IMG/VR virus record: IMGVR_UViG_3300004241_000005
Coordinates: 1-45,415 of that record
Strand: one strand, 5' to 3'
Source of the DNA: a virus
Lineage: Duplodnaviria; Caudoviricetes
Length of the DNA stretch: 45,415 bases
Shown here: positions 8,028 through 17,729 of the stretch, piece after piece
How the letters are laid out: each line of letters opens with the position of its first letter
How positions within the stretch are numbered: position 1 is the first letter of the stretch
Translations under genes and position numbers: made by a program
Notes under the pieces: generated by a model
Told to the model about the DNA's origin: nothing
Database searches by the model: none
Seen by the model: the letters and a program-made list of their open reading frames with translations, nothing else

Positions 8028-8966
8028 ATGAAACGCGACGATCTCATCAAGGCCCTGTCCGACTCGGAAGCCACGCAGCTTGCCGTGCTCGCCCAGGCGC
8101 GCGAGAACGCCAAGCGGGCCGTTCTGGACAAGTCCACGAAGCCGACCCTCGACGCCCTGCAAACGGCCGAGCGGATGCTGGCCGAGTTCGAGGTCAAGCA
8201 CGGGTTGGACGAGAGCGGCCGCGGGCTCTCGTTCAAGAACCTCCTCGACGTGCACAAGCATCTGATAGCCGAGGGCTACAGGATCGCGCGGTCCACGGTG
8301 TACGCGGACAAGGGGATGCTGCCCAGGCGCAAGGGCAAGATTTCGCTGGCCACGGTCAAGGCGTACATCAAGGCGAAGAAGCTGGAGAAGCAGAGCGCCA
8401 GCCCGGCGCAGGAGGCCGAGGCCGGGGCGAGCCTGGGCCCCACGGCGCGCCGGCTGGACGCCGACGCCGCGCTCAAGGAGAAGCGCGGCCGGCTGCTGGA
8501 CATCGAGCTGGCCAAGTCCGAACGCGCGCTGTTCCCGGCCGAGATCGCCGAGCGCGAACTTGCGGCCAGGGCCCAGGCCTTCCGCCTTGGCCTCGAGGGC
8601 TGGGCCTCCAAGATCGGCGAGGCCGTGGCCGCGACCTTCGGCGCTGACCCGGAGCTGGCGGCCAAGATGGTCATGCTGGCCGGCGGCGACCCGGCCAAGG
8701 CCTCCGATCTGGTGGCCCACCAGCTTTCCCGCGTGCCCGCCTTCGTCGCGCTCTTCGTGGACGAGTTGGCCAAGGCCCTGGACGATTACGCCACCGGCGC
8801 ATGGCTCACCCCGGAAATGAGCGAGCGCATGCGCGAATGGGCCTACTTCCGGGAGCTCGCCGAGCAGAACGTCTGCCGTGAGGCCTGCCGGCTTCTCGGA
8901 GTGGATGAGGCGCTGGCCGGCGACCTGGCCGGCGCGTTCCTCGTGAGCAGGAGGGCCGTCCGGTGA
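8028..8966 (+). CDS. Probable terminase small subunit (long form)
   Basis: Overlaps terL start; HTH-like YRIARSTVY followed by a helical coiled segment. Confidence 0.55.
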   Translation: MKRDDLIKALSDSEATQLAVLAQARENAKRAVLDKSTKPTLDALQTAERMLAEFEVKHGLDESGRGLSFKNLLDVHKHLIAEGYRIARSTVYADKGMLPRRKGKISLATVKAYIKAKKLEKQSASPAQEAEAGASLGPTARRLDADAALKEKRGRLLDIELAKSERALFPAEIAERELAARAQAFRLGLEGWASKIGEAVAATFGADPELAAKMVMLAGGDPAKASDLVAHQLSRVPAFVALFVDELAKALDDYATGAWLTPEMSERMREWAYFRELAEQNVCREACRLLGVDEALAGDLAGAFLVSRRAVR

Positions 8967-10861
8967 TGCTCGCCGAGGCCCCGATCATCTGGTTTCCCGG
9001 CGAGATCGACGTGCTGCGCCTGCGCGAGTGGGAGAGCACCTTCGAGTGGGCGCGCCGGAACTTCCGCCTCGCCCTCGGGCCTCAGGCCGGCAGGCTGTGG
9101 GACGCGGACACCGCGCCCTACGCCAAGGGGGTCATGGACGCCTGGGACCGCCCCGAGGTCCGCAAGCTGTTCCTCGTGGCTCCGAGCCAGGGCTCCACGA
9201 AAACCACCATCGCCTATGCCTGCGGCTTCGCGCGCCTCTGCCGCAAGCCCGGCCCCCTGGGCATCGCCATGCCGGACCAGGACGCGGTTGAGCGCATCTT
9301 TCGGGAGCGCATCATCCCGCACTTCCGCAACACCGCCCCGCTGCGCGACCTTTTGGCTTCCGACCGCTACGCCGAGCAGAAGTCCAGCCTGCTTTTGCGC
9401 AACGGCTCCATCGTGCATGGCCTGTGGACCGGCTCGGAATCGCGCATGTCCGCGAACTCCCTGGAGACGCTGCTCATCGATGAGGAGGACGCCTACGCGG
9501 ACAAGGGCGCGGTGGGCACCCTACAGGAGCGCGTGCTCGCCTTTGAGCACACGCACAAGATCATGCGCTTCTCCAAGCCGCGCGGAACCGAGGAGCAATC
9601 GACCATCTGGCGCGACATGCGCGCCGAGGCCCAGGTGATCTTCGAATGGGCTGCCGTGTGCCCGGCCTGCGGCACGGCCCAGCTCATGGAGCTGGAGAGC
9701 ATCCGCGTGCCCGAGGGTGTGCGCGACACCAAGGAGATTCTGGACAAGCGGCTAGCCCGCTACGTCTGCACGCATTGCGAGTACCAGTGGAACGACTACG
9801 TGAAAAACCGGGCCGTGGCCGCCGGACACTGGCTCGCGGACCGCGAGGCGCGCGGGGCCACGGTGGTGGGCTTCCATCTGCCGTCCTGGATCGCGCAGAG
9901 CATGAGCCTGTCCAAGGTCATGGCGCAGTATTTCAAGGCGCAGCGCGAAGGGCCGAAGGCCCTGATGTGGTTCGACAACAGCCACAAGGCCGTGCCCTAC
10001 TGCCAGGTCACGGCCGCGGCGGACGAAGACGCGCTGCAACGCATGGTGGACCACGGCCGCGCCGCGCAGGTTGTGCCGGACCGCGCCGTGGCCCTGACCT
10101 TCGCCGCGGACACGCAGCAGGACCACTTCTGGTGGTCGGTGTATGCGCATGGCCTGAACCCGCGCGAGGAGTGGCTCGTGGACTTTGGCCGGGCCGGAAC
10201 CTTCGAGGAGCTGGCCCTGTTGATCTTCCAGGCCAGGTACCCGCGCGAGGGCGGCGCCGAGCGCCTGGGCATCTGGCGGGCGTGCATCGATTCCGGCGGC
10301 ACGCGCGAGGCCCCACTTGAGCCCTCCCGCACCATGCAGGTCTACCGATGGGTCATGTCGCTGCCGCCGGGCAAGGTGTGGCCGACCAAGGGCATGAGCT
10401 ATCAGCGCCCGGGCGTGCACGTGTATTGGACTTTGCTTCAAAAATACCCGGACGGCACGGCCATGAAGGGCGGTCTGCGCCTCTATCACCTCGACACCGA
10501 CGCGTTCAAGAGCGAGGCCATGTGGCGGCTCTCCGGCGAGGAGGGCGCGGACAGTCTGCGCTTCCACGGCAGCGTCACCGAGCAGTATTTCCGCCAGCTC
10601 CTGGCCGAGCGCAAGCAGTGGGAAAGAGGCAAGGAGATCTGGAAAAAGGTGCGCAACGACAACCACTGGCTCGACTGCCTGGTGGGGCACCTGGCCATGA
10701 CGCACTTCCAGTGGTCGCCCACGCTTTCGGTCATGGCCGAATCCATGCGCCGCAACGCGGAGGCCTCCGGCCCGCCCCCTGTGCCGGGCATGACAACCGG
10801 CGACGGCCCTGGCGGCCCGGACGCGGGCGGCTTGGATCGCCGGCCGCCCTCCTGGCGGTGA
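8963..10861 (+). CDS. Terminase large subunit, lambda GpA family
   Basis: APYAKGVMDA, Walker B LLIDEED, CPACG/CTHC zinc motif, AADTQQD, IDSGG, RNDNHWLDC nuclease motifs. Confidence 0.92.
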   Translation: MMLAEAPIIWFPGEIDVLRLREWESTFEWARRNFRLALGPQAGRLWDADTAPYAKGVMDAWDRPEVRKLFLVAPSQGSTKTTIAYACGFARLCRKPGPLGIAMPDQDAVERIFRERIIPHFRNTAPLRDLLASDRYAEQKSSLLLRNGSIVHGLWTGSESRMSANSLETLLIDEEDAYADKGAVGTLQERVLAFEHTHKIMRFSKPRGTEEQSTIWRDMRAEAQVIFEWAAVCPACGTAQLMELESIRVPEGVRDTKEILDKRLARYVCTHCEYQWNDYVKNRAVAAGHWLADREARGATVVGFHLPSWIAQSMSLSKVMAQYFKAQREGPKALMWFDNSHKAVPYCQVTAAADEDALQRMVDHGRAAQVVPDRAVALTFAADTQQDHFWWSVYAHGLNPREEWLVDFGRAGTFEELALLIFQARYPREGGAERLGIWRACIDSGGTREAPLEPSRTMQVYRWVMSLPPGKVWPTKGMSYQRPGVHVYWTLLQKYPDGTAMKGGLRLYHLDTDAFKSEAMWRLSGEEGADSLRFHGSVTEQYFRQLLAERKQWERGKEIWKKVRNDNHWLDCLVGHLAMTHFQWSPTLSVMAESMRRNAEASGPPPVPGMTTGDGPGGPDAGGLDRRPPSWR

Positions 10862-10880
10862 ACGCAATGCGAGGTGAACC

Positions 10881-11111
10881 ATGACGGCGACGAAGAACGC
10901 GGCCTCCGAGAATCTCGGCCCCGGACGCAACACGCGCCAGGTCTGCCACGCCCTCGGCTGCTCGCGCTCGATGTTCTACGTGCTGCTGGGCCGGGGCGAG
11001 TTCCCCAACGCCTACTTCGTGGGCAGGTCGGTGCGCGTGCCGCAGGCGGACGTTGACGCCTACCGGGAGAGCAACAGCTACACCCGGAAAAAGGATGCCG
11101 AGCTAGGGTGA
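10881..11111 (+). CDS. Excisionase/AlpA-like HTH protein, possible late-gene regulator
   Basis: NTRQVCHALGCSRSMFYVLLGRGEFP..VGRSVRVPQADVDAY. Confidence 0.75.
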   Translation: MTATKNAASENLGPGRNTRQVCHALGCSRSMFYVLLGRGEFPNAYFVGRSVRVPQADVDAYRESNSYTRKKDAELG

Positions 11112-11207
11112 GATTCCCGCCCACTTCTCACTTTCCGTCCACACCTGTCCGTAGCGTACTTTCCCGTCCAATGACTTCGCCCACCGCGGCCGCGTATTCT
11201 CGCGGCC

Positions 11208-11447
11208 ATGTCGGAATACCTCGCGGCCTACACTGACGAAGAACTCGAAGAGCAGATTCGCTTCTGGAAGGAAGCGCTGACCGCCGTCTCTCTCGGCAAG
11301 AGCTACACCGTGGCCGGCCGCGAGGTGGTCCGGGCCGACCTGCCCGAGATCAAGAAGACCCTGGCCGAGATGGCGCGCGAGCGCGACCGCAGGCGCGGCG
11401 TCGAGACCCCTCGGGTCTGCGAGCCGATCATCGGGAGGGTCTTCTGA
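11208..11447 (+). CDS. gpW-like head completion protein
   Basis: GKSYTVAGREVVRADLPEI; position before portal. Confidence 0.75.
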   Translation: MSEYLAAYTDEELEEQIRFWKEALTAVSLGKSYTVAGREVVRADLPEIKKTLAEMARERDRRRGVETPRVCEPIIGRVF

Positions 11448-12958
11448 TGATCGCCCCGGCCGCCTTCCGTCATCGCCCCAGGCCGAACCAGGTCCGCTCC
11501 GTCCGCCGCGTGGCCGCCTCCCACGGCGGCACCCTGGGCAACTGGAATCCCTACCGGGTGTCCCAGGCCCAGGAACCGCTCGACCGCGAGAAGATGCAGC
11601 TGAGGTCCGAGGACATCATCGCCAACGACGGCCACGCGAGCGCCATCCGCGAAACCATCGTGACCAACGCGGTGGGCACCGGCCTCACCCCGCAATCCGC
11701 GCTCGACCATGAGGCCCTCGGCATCGCCGAGGCGGACGCCCGGGCCATCGAAAAGGCCCAGGAGCGCGCCTTCAGGATGTGGATGCGCGAGGCGCACGCC
11801 GGCCGGACCATGCACTTCGCCGACTGCCAGCAGCTCACCATCGGCAACATCGTGACCTTTGGAGATTCCCTTTGGCTGGGGCGCATGTTCGATGAGCCGA
11901 CCCGCATCCGCAAGGGCCGGCTGTTCTCCTTTGCCCTGCAGGATCTGCACCCCATCCGCATGAAGACACCACCCGACCGGACCCTCGACCTGGCCGTGCG
12001 CGACGGGATCAGCCTGGATGAGGACGGCGAGGCGCTCGGCTACTTCTTCGCCAACACGGACACCCTGGGCCAGATGACCGAATACCAGTACATCCCCGCG
12101 CGCCAGGGGCACCGCCAGATCGTGTTCCACTCCTTCCGCGTGCGCGAGCCCGAGCAGGTGCGCGGCGTTCCCCTGCTCGCCCCTGTGCTCAAGCTGTTCC
12201 GCGACAAGTACGACTTCCTCGACTATGAGGTGGTCGCCCAGATCATCACCGCCAGCTTCCCCATCGCCATCGAGACCGAAAACCCGAAGGACTATGGCGC
12301 GGGCGCGAATCAAAACGCCGAGAAGCGCTGGTTCCGCCAGGTCAATCCCGGCCAGGTCGTCTACCCGAACCCCGGCGAGTCGGTGAAGCCGATCAAGAGC
12401 GACCGGCCCGGCAACAACTTCGACAGCTTCTTCAAGCTGATTCTGCGCACCATCAGCGCCGTGGCCGGCATTCCGTACAACCAGGTCCTCAAGGACTTCT
12501 CCGACACGAACTACAGCTCGGCCCGCGCCGCGCTCCAGGAAGCCTGGCGCGTCTACCAGGACTACCGGGCCTGGCTGGTGCGCCGGTTCTGTCAGCCCGT
12601 GCGCGAGCACGTGCTGGAGGAGGCCCTGCTGCGCGGCATGTGGTCCCTGCCCAAGGGCGCGCCCGACTTCTACGGGGCGATGGACCTGTACCTGAACTGC
12701 CGCTGGACCCCGCCCCCGCGCGGCTACGTGGACCCGTACAAGGAGATCCTCGCCCAACTGAAGGGCCTTGAGGGCGGGCTGTTCGACTACGCCAGCCTGT
12801 TCGCCGAGCAGGGCGAGGACTGGGAAGAGAAATTCTCCCAGCAACAGCGCGAGCGCGATGACCGCAAGAGTCGCGGGCTGCCGGTTGTCGGCGCGGTATC
12901 CACGTCGCAGCCCGATCCCCTGGCAATTCAGCCCGACGCCCCGCTTCCGGGGCGATGA
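11447..12958 (+). CDS. Portal protein, lambda family
   Basis: QVRGVPLLAPV, DFSDTNYSSARAAL, YVDPYKE motifs. Confidence 0.93.
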   Translation: MIAPAAFRHRPRPNQVRSVRRVAASHGGTLGNWNPYRVSQAQEPLDREKMQLRSEDIIANDGHASAIRETIVTNAVGTGLTPQSALDHEALGIAEADARAIEKAQERAFRMWMREAHAGRTMHFADCQQLTIGNIVTFGDSLWLGRMFDEPTRIRKGRLFSFALQDLHPIRMKTPPDRTLDLAVRDGISLDEDGEALGYFFANTDTLGQMTEYQYIPARQGHRQIVFHSFRVREPEQVRGVPLLAPVLKLFRDKYDFLDYEVVAQIITASFPIAIETENPKDYGAGANQNAEKRWFRQVNPGQVVYPNPGESVKPIKSDRPGNNFDSFFKLILRTISAVAGIPYNQVLKDFSDTNYSSARAALQEAWRVYQDYRAWLVRRFCQPVREHVLEEALLRGMWSLPKGAPDFYGAMDLYLNCRWTPPPRGYVDPYKEILAQLKGLEGGLFDYASLFAEQGEDWEEKFSQQQRERDDRKSRGLPVVGAVSTSQPDPLAIQPDAPLPGR

Positions 12959-12967
12959 GAGGTGCCC

Positions 12968-14161
12968 ATGTCGTTGATCGAACTGTTCCCGGCGTACTGG
13001 GCGATGGCCCCGGAAACCCTGCGCAAGGTCGCCGCGGAAGCCGCCGCCATGCGCGGCGCCGCCGGCCAGGAGCAGGGCCGTCAGGTCGCCAGCCCTGGCG
13101 CGGCCAGCCGGCCCTACCGCCTCGAGGACGGCCTGGCCGTGGTCCCGATCCAGGGGAGCCTCCTCAAGGAGTACCACTACCCGCCGTTTTGGACCTCCTA
13201 CGTGGTGGTCCGGTACCAGCTCGAGGCGGCCCTGGCCGACCCCGAGGTGCGGGCCGTGCTGCTCGACATCGACAGCCCGGGCGGCGCCGTGGCCGGCTTT
13301 CAGGATCTCGCCGAGGCCGTGCTCGCCGCGCGCGGCCGCAAGCCCGTCTATGCCTGGACCGACGGCACGGCGTGCAGCGGCGCGTATGGCCTCGGCTGCG
13401 GGGCCAAGGCCTTCGCGGCCTCGCCCATGGCCGAGGTCGGCTCCGTGGGCGTGGTCTGGTTCCACTCGGAGTGGAGCAAGTGGGACGAGAAGGCCGGCCT
13501 CACTGTGACCGTGCTCCGCTCCGGCGAGTTCAAGGCCCTGGGCAACGAGTTCGAGCCCCTGGACGCGAAGGCCCGCGAGGTCCACCAGGCCCAGCTCGAC
13601 GGCATGTACGCCCTGTTCCGGGATCTCGTGGTCAGGGCCCGCGGGGTGTCCGCGGAAGCATACGAGGACTGGGCGGAAGGCAGGGTCTTCCTGGCCGGCG
13701 AAGCGGTGAGCGCCGGCCTTTTGGATCGGGCCTGCGCTCGTGACGAATTCCTGTCGTTCATCAAAACGGAGGTCAACATGAACGCAACCGAACTGCGCGC
13801 CCAGTTCCCCGATGCCGTGAAGGCCATCGAGGAAGGGGCCGCCAAGGCCGCCGCGGACGCCGCGACGGTGAAGATCACCGAGTGCGTGAGCGGGGTCGTG
13901 GATCTCGTTGGCGTGCTCCTCGGCGATGTGGCCAAGGGCAAGGTGTCCGCGGCCGTCGAGGCCGGCATCAACGCCGATCAGGCCGCCAAGCTCGGGCTGA
14001 CCGCCCAGGCCGCCACTGCCCACGCTCCGCAGCAGGACATGCTCGCCGCCCTGCAGAGCACGGACCACCCCGGCGTGAAGCCCGGCGCGGCCAAGCCCGC
14101 CGGAGGCAATCCCCTCCTGGCGGCCATCGAATCCCGGTCCAAGACCGGCAGGGGGAGGTAG
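12968..14161 (+). CDS. S49 head maturation protease (gpC-like) with C-terminal scaffold
   Basis: LLDIDSPGG, ACSGAY, VGSVGV, RSGEFKA. Confidence 0.9.
   Translation: MSLIELFPAYWAMAPETLRKVAAEAAAMRGAAGQEQGRQVASPGAASRPYRLEDGLAVVPIQGSLLKEYHYPPFWTSYVVVRYQLEAALADPEVRAVLLDIDSPGGAVAGFQDLAEAVLAARGRKPVYAWTDGTACSGAYGLGCGAKAFAASPMAEVGSVGVVWFHSEWSKWDEKAGLTVTVLRSGEFKALGNEFEPLDAKAREVHQAQLDGMYALFRDLVVRARGVSAEAYEDWAEGRVFLAGEAVSAGLLDRACARDEFLSFIKTEVNMNATELRAQFPDAVKAIEEGAAKAAADAATVKITECVSGVVDLVGVLLGDVAKGKVSAAVEAGINADQAAKLGLTAQAATAHAPQQDMLAALQSTDHPGVKPGAAKPAGGNPLLAAIESRSKTGRGR
13778..14161 (+). CDS. Nested in-frame scaffolding protein (Nu3-like)
   Basis: Internal GGAGGT RBS (13768-13773) before in-frame ATG MNATELRAQFPD. 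Confidence 0.6.
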   Translation: MNATELRAQFPDAVKAIEEGAAKAAADAATVKITECVSGVVDLVGVLLGDVAKGKVSAAVEAGINADQAAKLGLTAQAATAHAPQQDMLAALQSTDHPGVKPGAAKPAGGNPLLAAIESRSKTGRGR

Positions 14162-14167
14162 CAGCAC

Positions 14168-14824
14168 ATGGCCATCATCAATGAGCCCAACCGTCTTGGC
14201 GACATCGTTCGCCGCGAGTCCGACCCCAGCTTCAGCCGCGAAGAGGTCGTGGTGAAGATGGGGCAGAGCCTGGCCCTGGGCGCAGTGCTCGGCCGCAGGT
14301 CCATCTCGTGCCCCACAACCGGCACAGCCAGGGCCGGCAATACCGGCAACGGCACCGTGGAGCTGGTGACGCCCGGCCCGGCCGTGCAGCTCGGCACGTA
14401 CCGCCTGGTGTGCTCGACCGCCGCCACGGACGGCGGCGTCTTCCAGGTCTTCGCCCCCGACGGGGCGCGCCTCGCCGATGCGGTCGAGGGGGCGGAATAC
14501 GACCAGCCGCAGATCGGCTTCGTGGTCAACGACGGCGCGACGGACTTCGCCGTGGGCGACGAGTTCACCATCGCGGTGGCCGAGGGCGACGGTCAGGTCT
14601 CCGCCCTGGACCCGGACGCCCTGGACGGCACGCAGATCGCCTTCGGCATCCTCGTCTTGGCGTGCGACGCCACCGGCGCGGCCTCCCGCTCCGTGGCCAT
14701 CACGAGCGGCGCGCTGGTCCAGGCCGACAAGCTGGTCTGGCCCGCCGACATCACCGCGCCGGAGAAGGCCCTGGCGCTCAAGCAACTCGCGGCCAGGGCC
14801 ATCCTGAACCGCAAGGGGGTCTAA
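14168..14824 (+). CDS. Head decoration protein (gpD-like, with internal insertion)
   Basis: SREEVVV..GQSLALGAVLG...DGTQIAFGIL...LVWP; position before capsid. Confidence 0.8.
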   Translation: MAIINEPNRLGDIVRRESDPSFSREEVVVKMGQSLALGAVLGRRSISCPTTGTARAGNTGNGTVELVTPGPAVQLGTYRLVCSTAATDGGVFQVFAPDGARLADAVEGAEYDQPQIGFVVNDGATDFAVGDEFTIAVAEGDGQVSALDPDALDGTQIAFGILVLACDATGAASRSVAITSGALVQADKLVWPADITAPEKALALKQLAARAILNRKGV

Positions 14825-14827
14825 GCC

Positions 14828-15838
14828 ATGTTCAACCCGTTCGCCAACGAGCAGGTCTACGGCCTGTTCCCGCTCACCCAGGCCATCGACGTCATCCCGA
14901 ACCGCTACGGCCGCCTGAACAGCATGGGCCTGTTCGCCCCGCGTCAGATCACGGTGGACACCGTGTCCATCGAGATGCAGAACTTCGTGCTTAAGCTGCT
15001 GCCCAGCAAGCCCAAGGGTTCGTCCGGCAGCCAGAGCGAGCACGGCAAGCGCAATGTGCTCACCTTCAAGGTGCCGCACATCCCGCTCGCGGACATCATC
15101 AGCCCCAGCGACTACGCCGGCGTGCGCGCCTTCGGCACCGAGAACCTGCCCGAGACCTTCGCCAACGTCATGGCCCGCTACCTGTTCGAAAACAAGGCCA
15201 AGTTCGAGATCACCTGGGAACACCTGAAGTGGGGCGCGCTCAAGGGCCTGATCATCGACGGCGACGGCGCCACCCAGCTCTACAACCTCTTTGCGGAGTT
15301 CGGAATCACCCAGAAGACCGTGAGCTTCGCACTGGGTGACGGGACCACCGAGGTCCAGGAAAAGTGCTTCGAGGTCACGCGCCACATCGAGGACAGCCTC
15401 AAGAGCGACATCTCCAGCGGCGTGCGCATGATGGTCTCCCCCGAGTTCTTCAACGGTCTGGTGAGCCACCCCAGCGTGGTAAAGTTCTTCCTGAACCACT
15501 CCGAGGCGGCGACGCTCTCCGGCCTGGACCCCCGCAAGGGCTTCAACTTCGGCGGCATCACCTTCGAGGAGTTCCGCGGCAACGCGCCGGACGCCAACGG
15601 CGACACCGTGCGCTTCATCGCCTCGGGCGAAGGCCACGCCTTCCCCGAAGGCACGGTCTCCACGTTCATCAATGCGCTGGCCCCGGGCGACTTCATGGAG
15701 ACGGTGAACACTCCGGGCATGGAGCTCTACGCCCGGCAGGAGCTGCGCGACTTCAACAAGGGCGTGGACCTCTGGTTCGAGTCCAACGTGCTGCCCCTCT
15801 GCCTGCGCCCGGCCGTGCTGGTGAAGGCGACCATGTAG
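14828..15838 (+). CDS. Major capsid protein, lambda gpE family
   Basis: LTQAIDVIPNRYG, FNFGGITFEEFRG, ESNVLPLCLRPAVLVK. Confidence 0.9.
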   Translation: MFNPFANEQVYGLFPLTQAIDVIPNRYGRLNSMGLFAPRQITVDTVSIEMQNFVLKLLPSKPKGSSGSQSEHGKRNVLTFKVPHIPLADIISPSDYAGVRAFGTENLPETFANVMARYLFENKAKFEITWEHLKWGALKGLIIDGDGATQLYNLFAEFGITQKTVSFALGDGTTEVQEKCFEVTRHIEDSLKSDISSGVRMMVSPEFFNGLVSHPSVVKFFLNHSEAATLSGLDPRKGFNFGGITFEEFRGNAPDANGDTVRFIASGEGHAFPEGTVSTFINALAPGDFMETVNTPGMELYARQELRDFNKGVDLWFESNVLPLCLRPAVLVKATM

Positions 15839-15856
15839 TTTCCTGTCCCTCGTGCC

Positions 15857-15892
15857 GCGGGGGTCCGGCCTCGGCCCGGGCCGGGCCCCCGC
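15857..15892 (+). terminator. GC-rich hairpin after capsid gene
   Basis: gcgggggtccggcc...ggccgggcccccgc. Confidence 0.4.
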
Positions 15893-15920
15893 CCAACAGG
15901 CAACCCACAAAGGACGGCGC

Positions 15921-16154
15921 ATGGAAATCATACTCAGCCCCCTGGAGCTCTTTCTCGGAGCTGCATTCCTTTCCATGTTTTCGGCCGTCGCTGTCCGCCT
16001 GATGTTCGGGACCAAGTTCGTGACCCGTGCGGAGCATGAAAAGGATGTCGCCGACCACAAGCTGATCCTGCGCATGGTGCGCGCGCTTGTGGTGCATTCG
16101 ACCATGCCCAACGAGCTGAAAGAAGAAATCCTTAACGACAGAGGTGGCAAGTGA
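15921..16154 (+). CDS. Small membrane protein of the lysis region
   Basis: One N-terminal hydrophobic helix; AAGGA RBS. Confidence 0.55.
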   Translation: MEIILSPLELFLGAAFLSMFSAVAVRLMFGTKFVTRAEHEKDVADHKLILRMVRALVVHSTMPNELKEEILNDRGGK

Positions 16155-16477
16155 ACATCTTCTCCCGCATCAATTCCTGGCGGCCCTGGCAGCTTTTCGG
16201 CTTGATCGCGGTGGTCCTGGCCGTCGGCCTGGCCCTGCTCGCGAACATGCCGGCCAAGATCGAGTCCCTGCCCTGGTGGCAGCAGAAGGTGGTCGAGGCC
16301 CACTGGCGCACATGGCTCGTGCTCTGGCTGGTGTGCCTCGGGCTCGCGGTGGACATGGTGGTCAACTACCGCTCCCGGCCGGGCGCGGCGAAAGACCCCG
16401 AGGAGCGCCGCTGGCGCGAGATGCGCCGGGCGGTCACCATCGCCGCCATCGTCCTGGCCGGAGCGATCGGCATATGA
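16151..16477 (+). CDS. Putative holin
   Basis: Three hydrophobic segments; directly upstream of endolysin. Confidence 0.65.
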   Translation: MNIFSRINSWRPWQLFGLIAVVLAVGLALLANMPAKIESLPWWQQKVVEAHWRTWLVLWLVCLGLAVDMVVNYRSRPGAAKDPEERRWREMRRAVTIAAIVLAGAIGI

Positions 16478-17133
16478 ACCGCCACGACCTGCGCGCATCC
16501 CTCGGCCTCGCGCTGGCGCTGGCCTTCGTCGCCTTCTCCGGCGTGCGCTGCACCGACGCCAGCGCGGCCGGTTTCCCGGGCGATGCCGAACGCTACCGCC
16601 GCGAGCTGATCCGCAGCGCGCGGTACGTTTTCGGCATGAGCGCGCCCGTTGCCGTGCTCGCCGGCCAGGTCCACCAGGAGAGCGGCTGGCGGCCCGAGGC
16701 GCGTAGCGCCTTCGCCTCCGGCCTGGCGCAATTCACGCCGGCCACGGCAAAGGACATGACCCGCCTCTATTCCGAGGAACTGGGTCCGGTGGCCATGCCG
16801 ACGAATCCGCGCTGGGCGCTCATGGCCATGTGCCGCTACGACGCGCGCCTGCTCGCCCTGTTCCCCGCCGCCGCCAGCCCGGCCGAGCGCTGGGCCTTCG
16901 CTTTGAGCGCCTACAACGGCGGCCCCGGCTGGACCCTGCGCGACCGTGCCAAGGCCAAGGCCCAGGGCCTCGACCCCGAGCGCTGGTTCGGCCAGGTGGA
17001 GACCGTCAACGCCGGCCGCGCGCCGCAGTTTTTCCGCGAGAACCGCGACTACCCGCGCCGCATTCTGCTGCGCCACCAGGCGCTCTACCGCTCCTGGGGT
17101 CCGGGCGTGGACGTGAGCGAGGTGCGGCCGTGA
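16474..17133 (+). CDS. Endolysin, SLT lytic transglycosylase with N-terminal hydrophobic segment
   Basis: QVHQESGW, GLAQFTPATA, AYNGGPG, ENRDYPRRI. Confidence 0.9.
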   Translation: MNRHDLRASLGLALALAFVAFSGVRCTDASAAGFPGDAERYRRELIRSARYVFGMSAPVAVLAGQVHQESGWRPEARSAFASGLAQFTPATAKDMTRLYSEELGPVAMPTNPRWALMAMCRYDARLLALFPAAASPAERWAFALSAYNGGPGWTLRDRAKAKAQGLDPERWFGQVETVNAGRAPQFFRENRDYPRRILLRHQALYRSWGPGVDVSEVRP

Positions 17134-17729
17134 GCTGGCTCAAGGCCCTGTGGAAATGGGGCGGCACGGCCGTGTCCTGGCTTGGCGGCGTGAATCTCAC
17201 GCCCTGGCTGCTCATTCTGGCCCTGGCCGGGACTCTCGGCGGGGTCTGGTGGGGTTGGAGCCACGGCAGCGCCAGCACCCGCAACGAGTTGCAGGCCGAG
17301 TACGCCACCAACCTGGCCGAGGCCACGCGCGAGGCCATGACCAGGCAGCATGCCCAGCAAGTCTTTGCCAACGGCCTGGCCGTCGATTTTATGAACACCC
17401 GGCGCGAGATCGAGGCGCAGCGCGTGAGCCTGCGCGGGAGGATCGTCTATGTCACTCGTGAGATCCCTGCTGCTTGCGTGCTGCCTGCTGATGCTGTGCA
17501 GCTGTGGAACGCGGCCCGGCGCCTGTCCGCCCCCGGTGTGCCCCAAGCCGGCGCCCCCGGCGGAGCTGCTGGACAGGCCGCCCCCGCCGCCGCTTCTGGC
17601 TCCGGGATACAGCACAATGCATCCATAGCCGACGGCATCGCCAACCACGTGGACTACGTGGCCTGGTGCGAGGGCGTGACGGCCCAGCGCGACAAGCTCC
17701 AGGAGCTGGTCCTGGGGTGGGCGCGATGA
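17130..17729 (+). CDS. Rz-like i-spanin
   Basis: GTG overlaps endolysin stop; N-terminal TM helix plus coiled coil; hosts an embedded lipoprotein ORF. Confidence 0.75.
   Translation: MSWLKALWKWGGTAVSWLGGVNLTPWLLILALAGTLGGVWWGWSHGSASTRNELQAEYATNLAEATREAMTRQHAQQVFANGLAVDFMNTRREIEAQRVSLRGRIVYVTREIPAACVLPADAVQLWNAARRLSAPGVPQAGAPGGAAGQAAPAAASGSGIQHNASIADGIANHVDYVAWCEGVTAQRDKLQELVLGWAR
17449..17628 (+). CDS. Embedded Rz1-like o-spanin lipoprotein (59 aa)
   Basis: Alternate frame MSLVRSLLLACCLLMLCSC-GTRPGACPPPVCPKPAPPAELLDRPPPPPLL; lipobox-like LCSC, proline-rich, GGGAGG RBS. Confidence 0.75.
   Translation: MSLVRSLLLACCLLMLCSCGTRPGACPPPVCPKPAPPAELLDRPPPPPLLAPGYSTMHP

Noticed and set aside
11303-16498. 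1731-aa minus-strand ORF and similar long antisense ORFs (19219-21324, 24106-26346, 37939-40344)
   Set aside because: Shadow frames of well-supported plus-strand genes in high-GC DNA; no motifs
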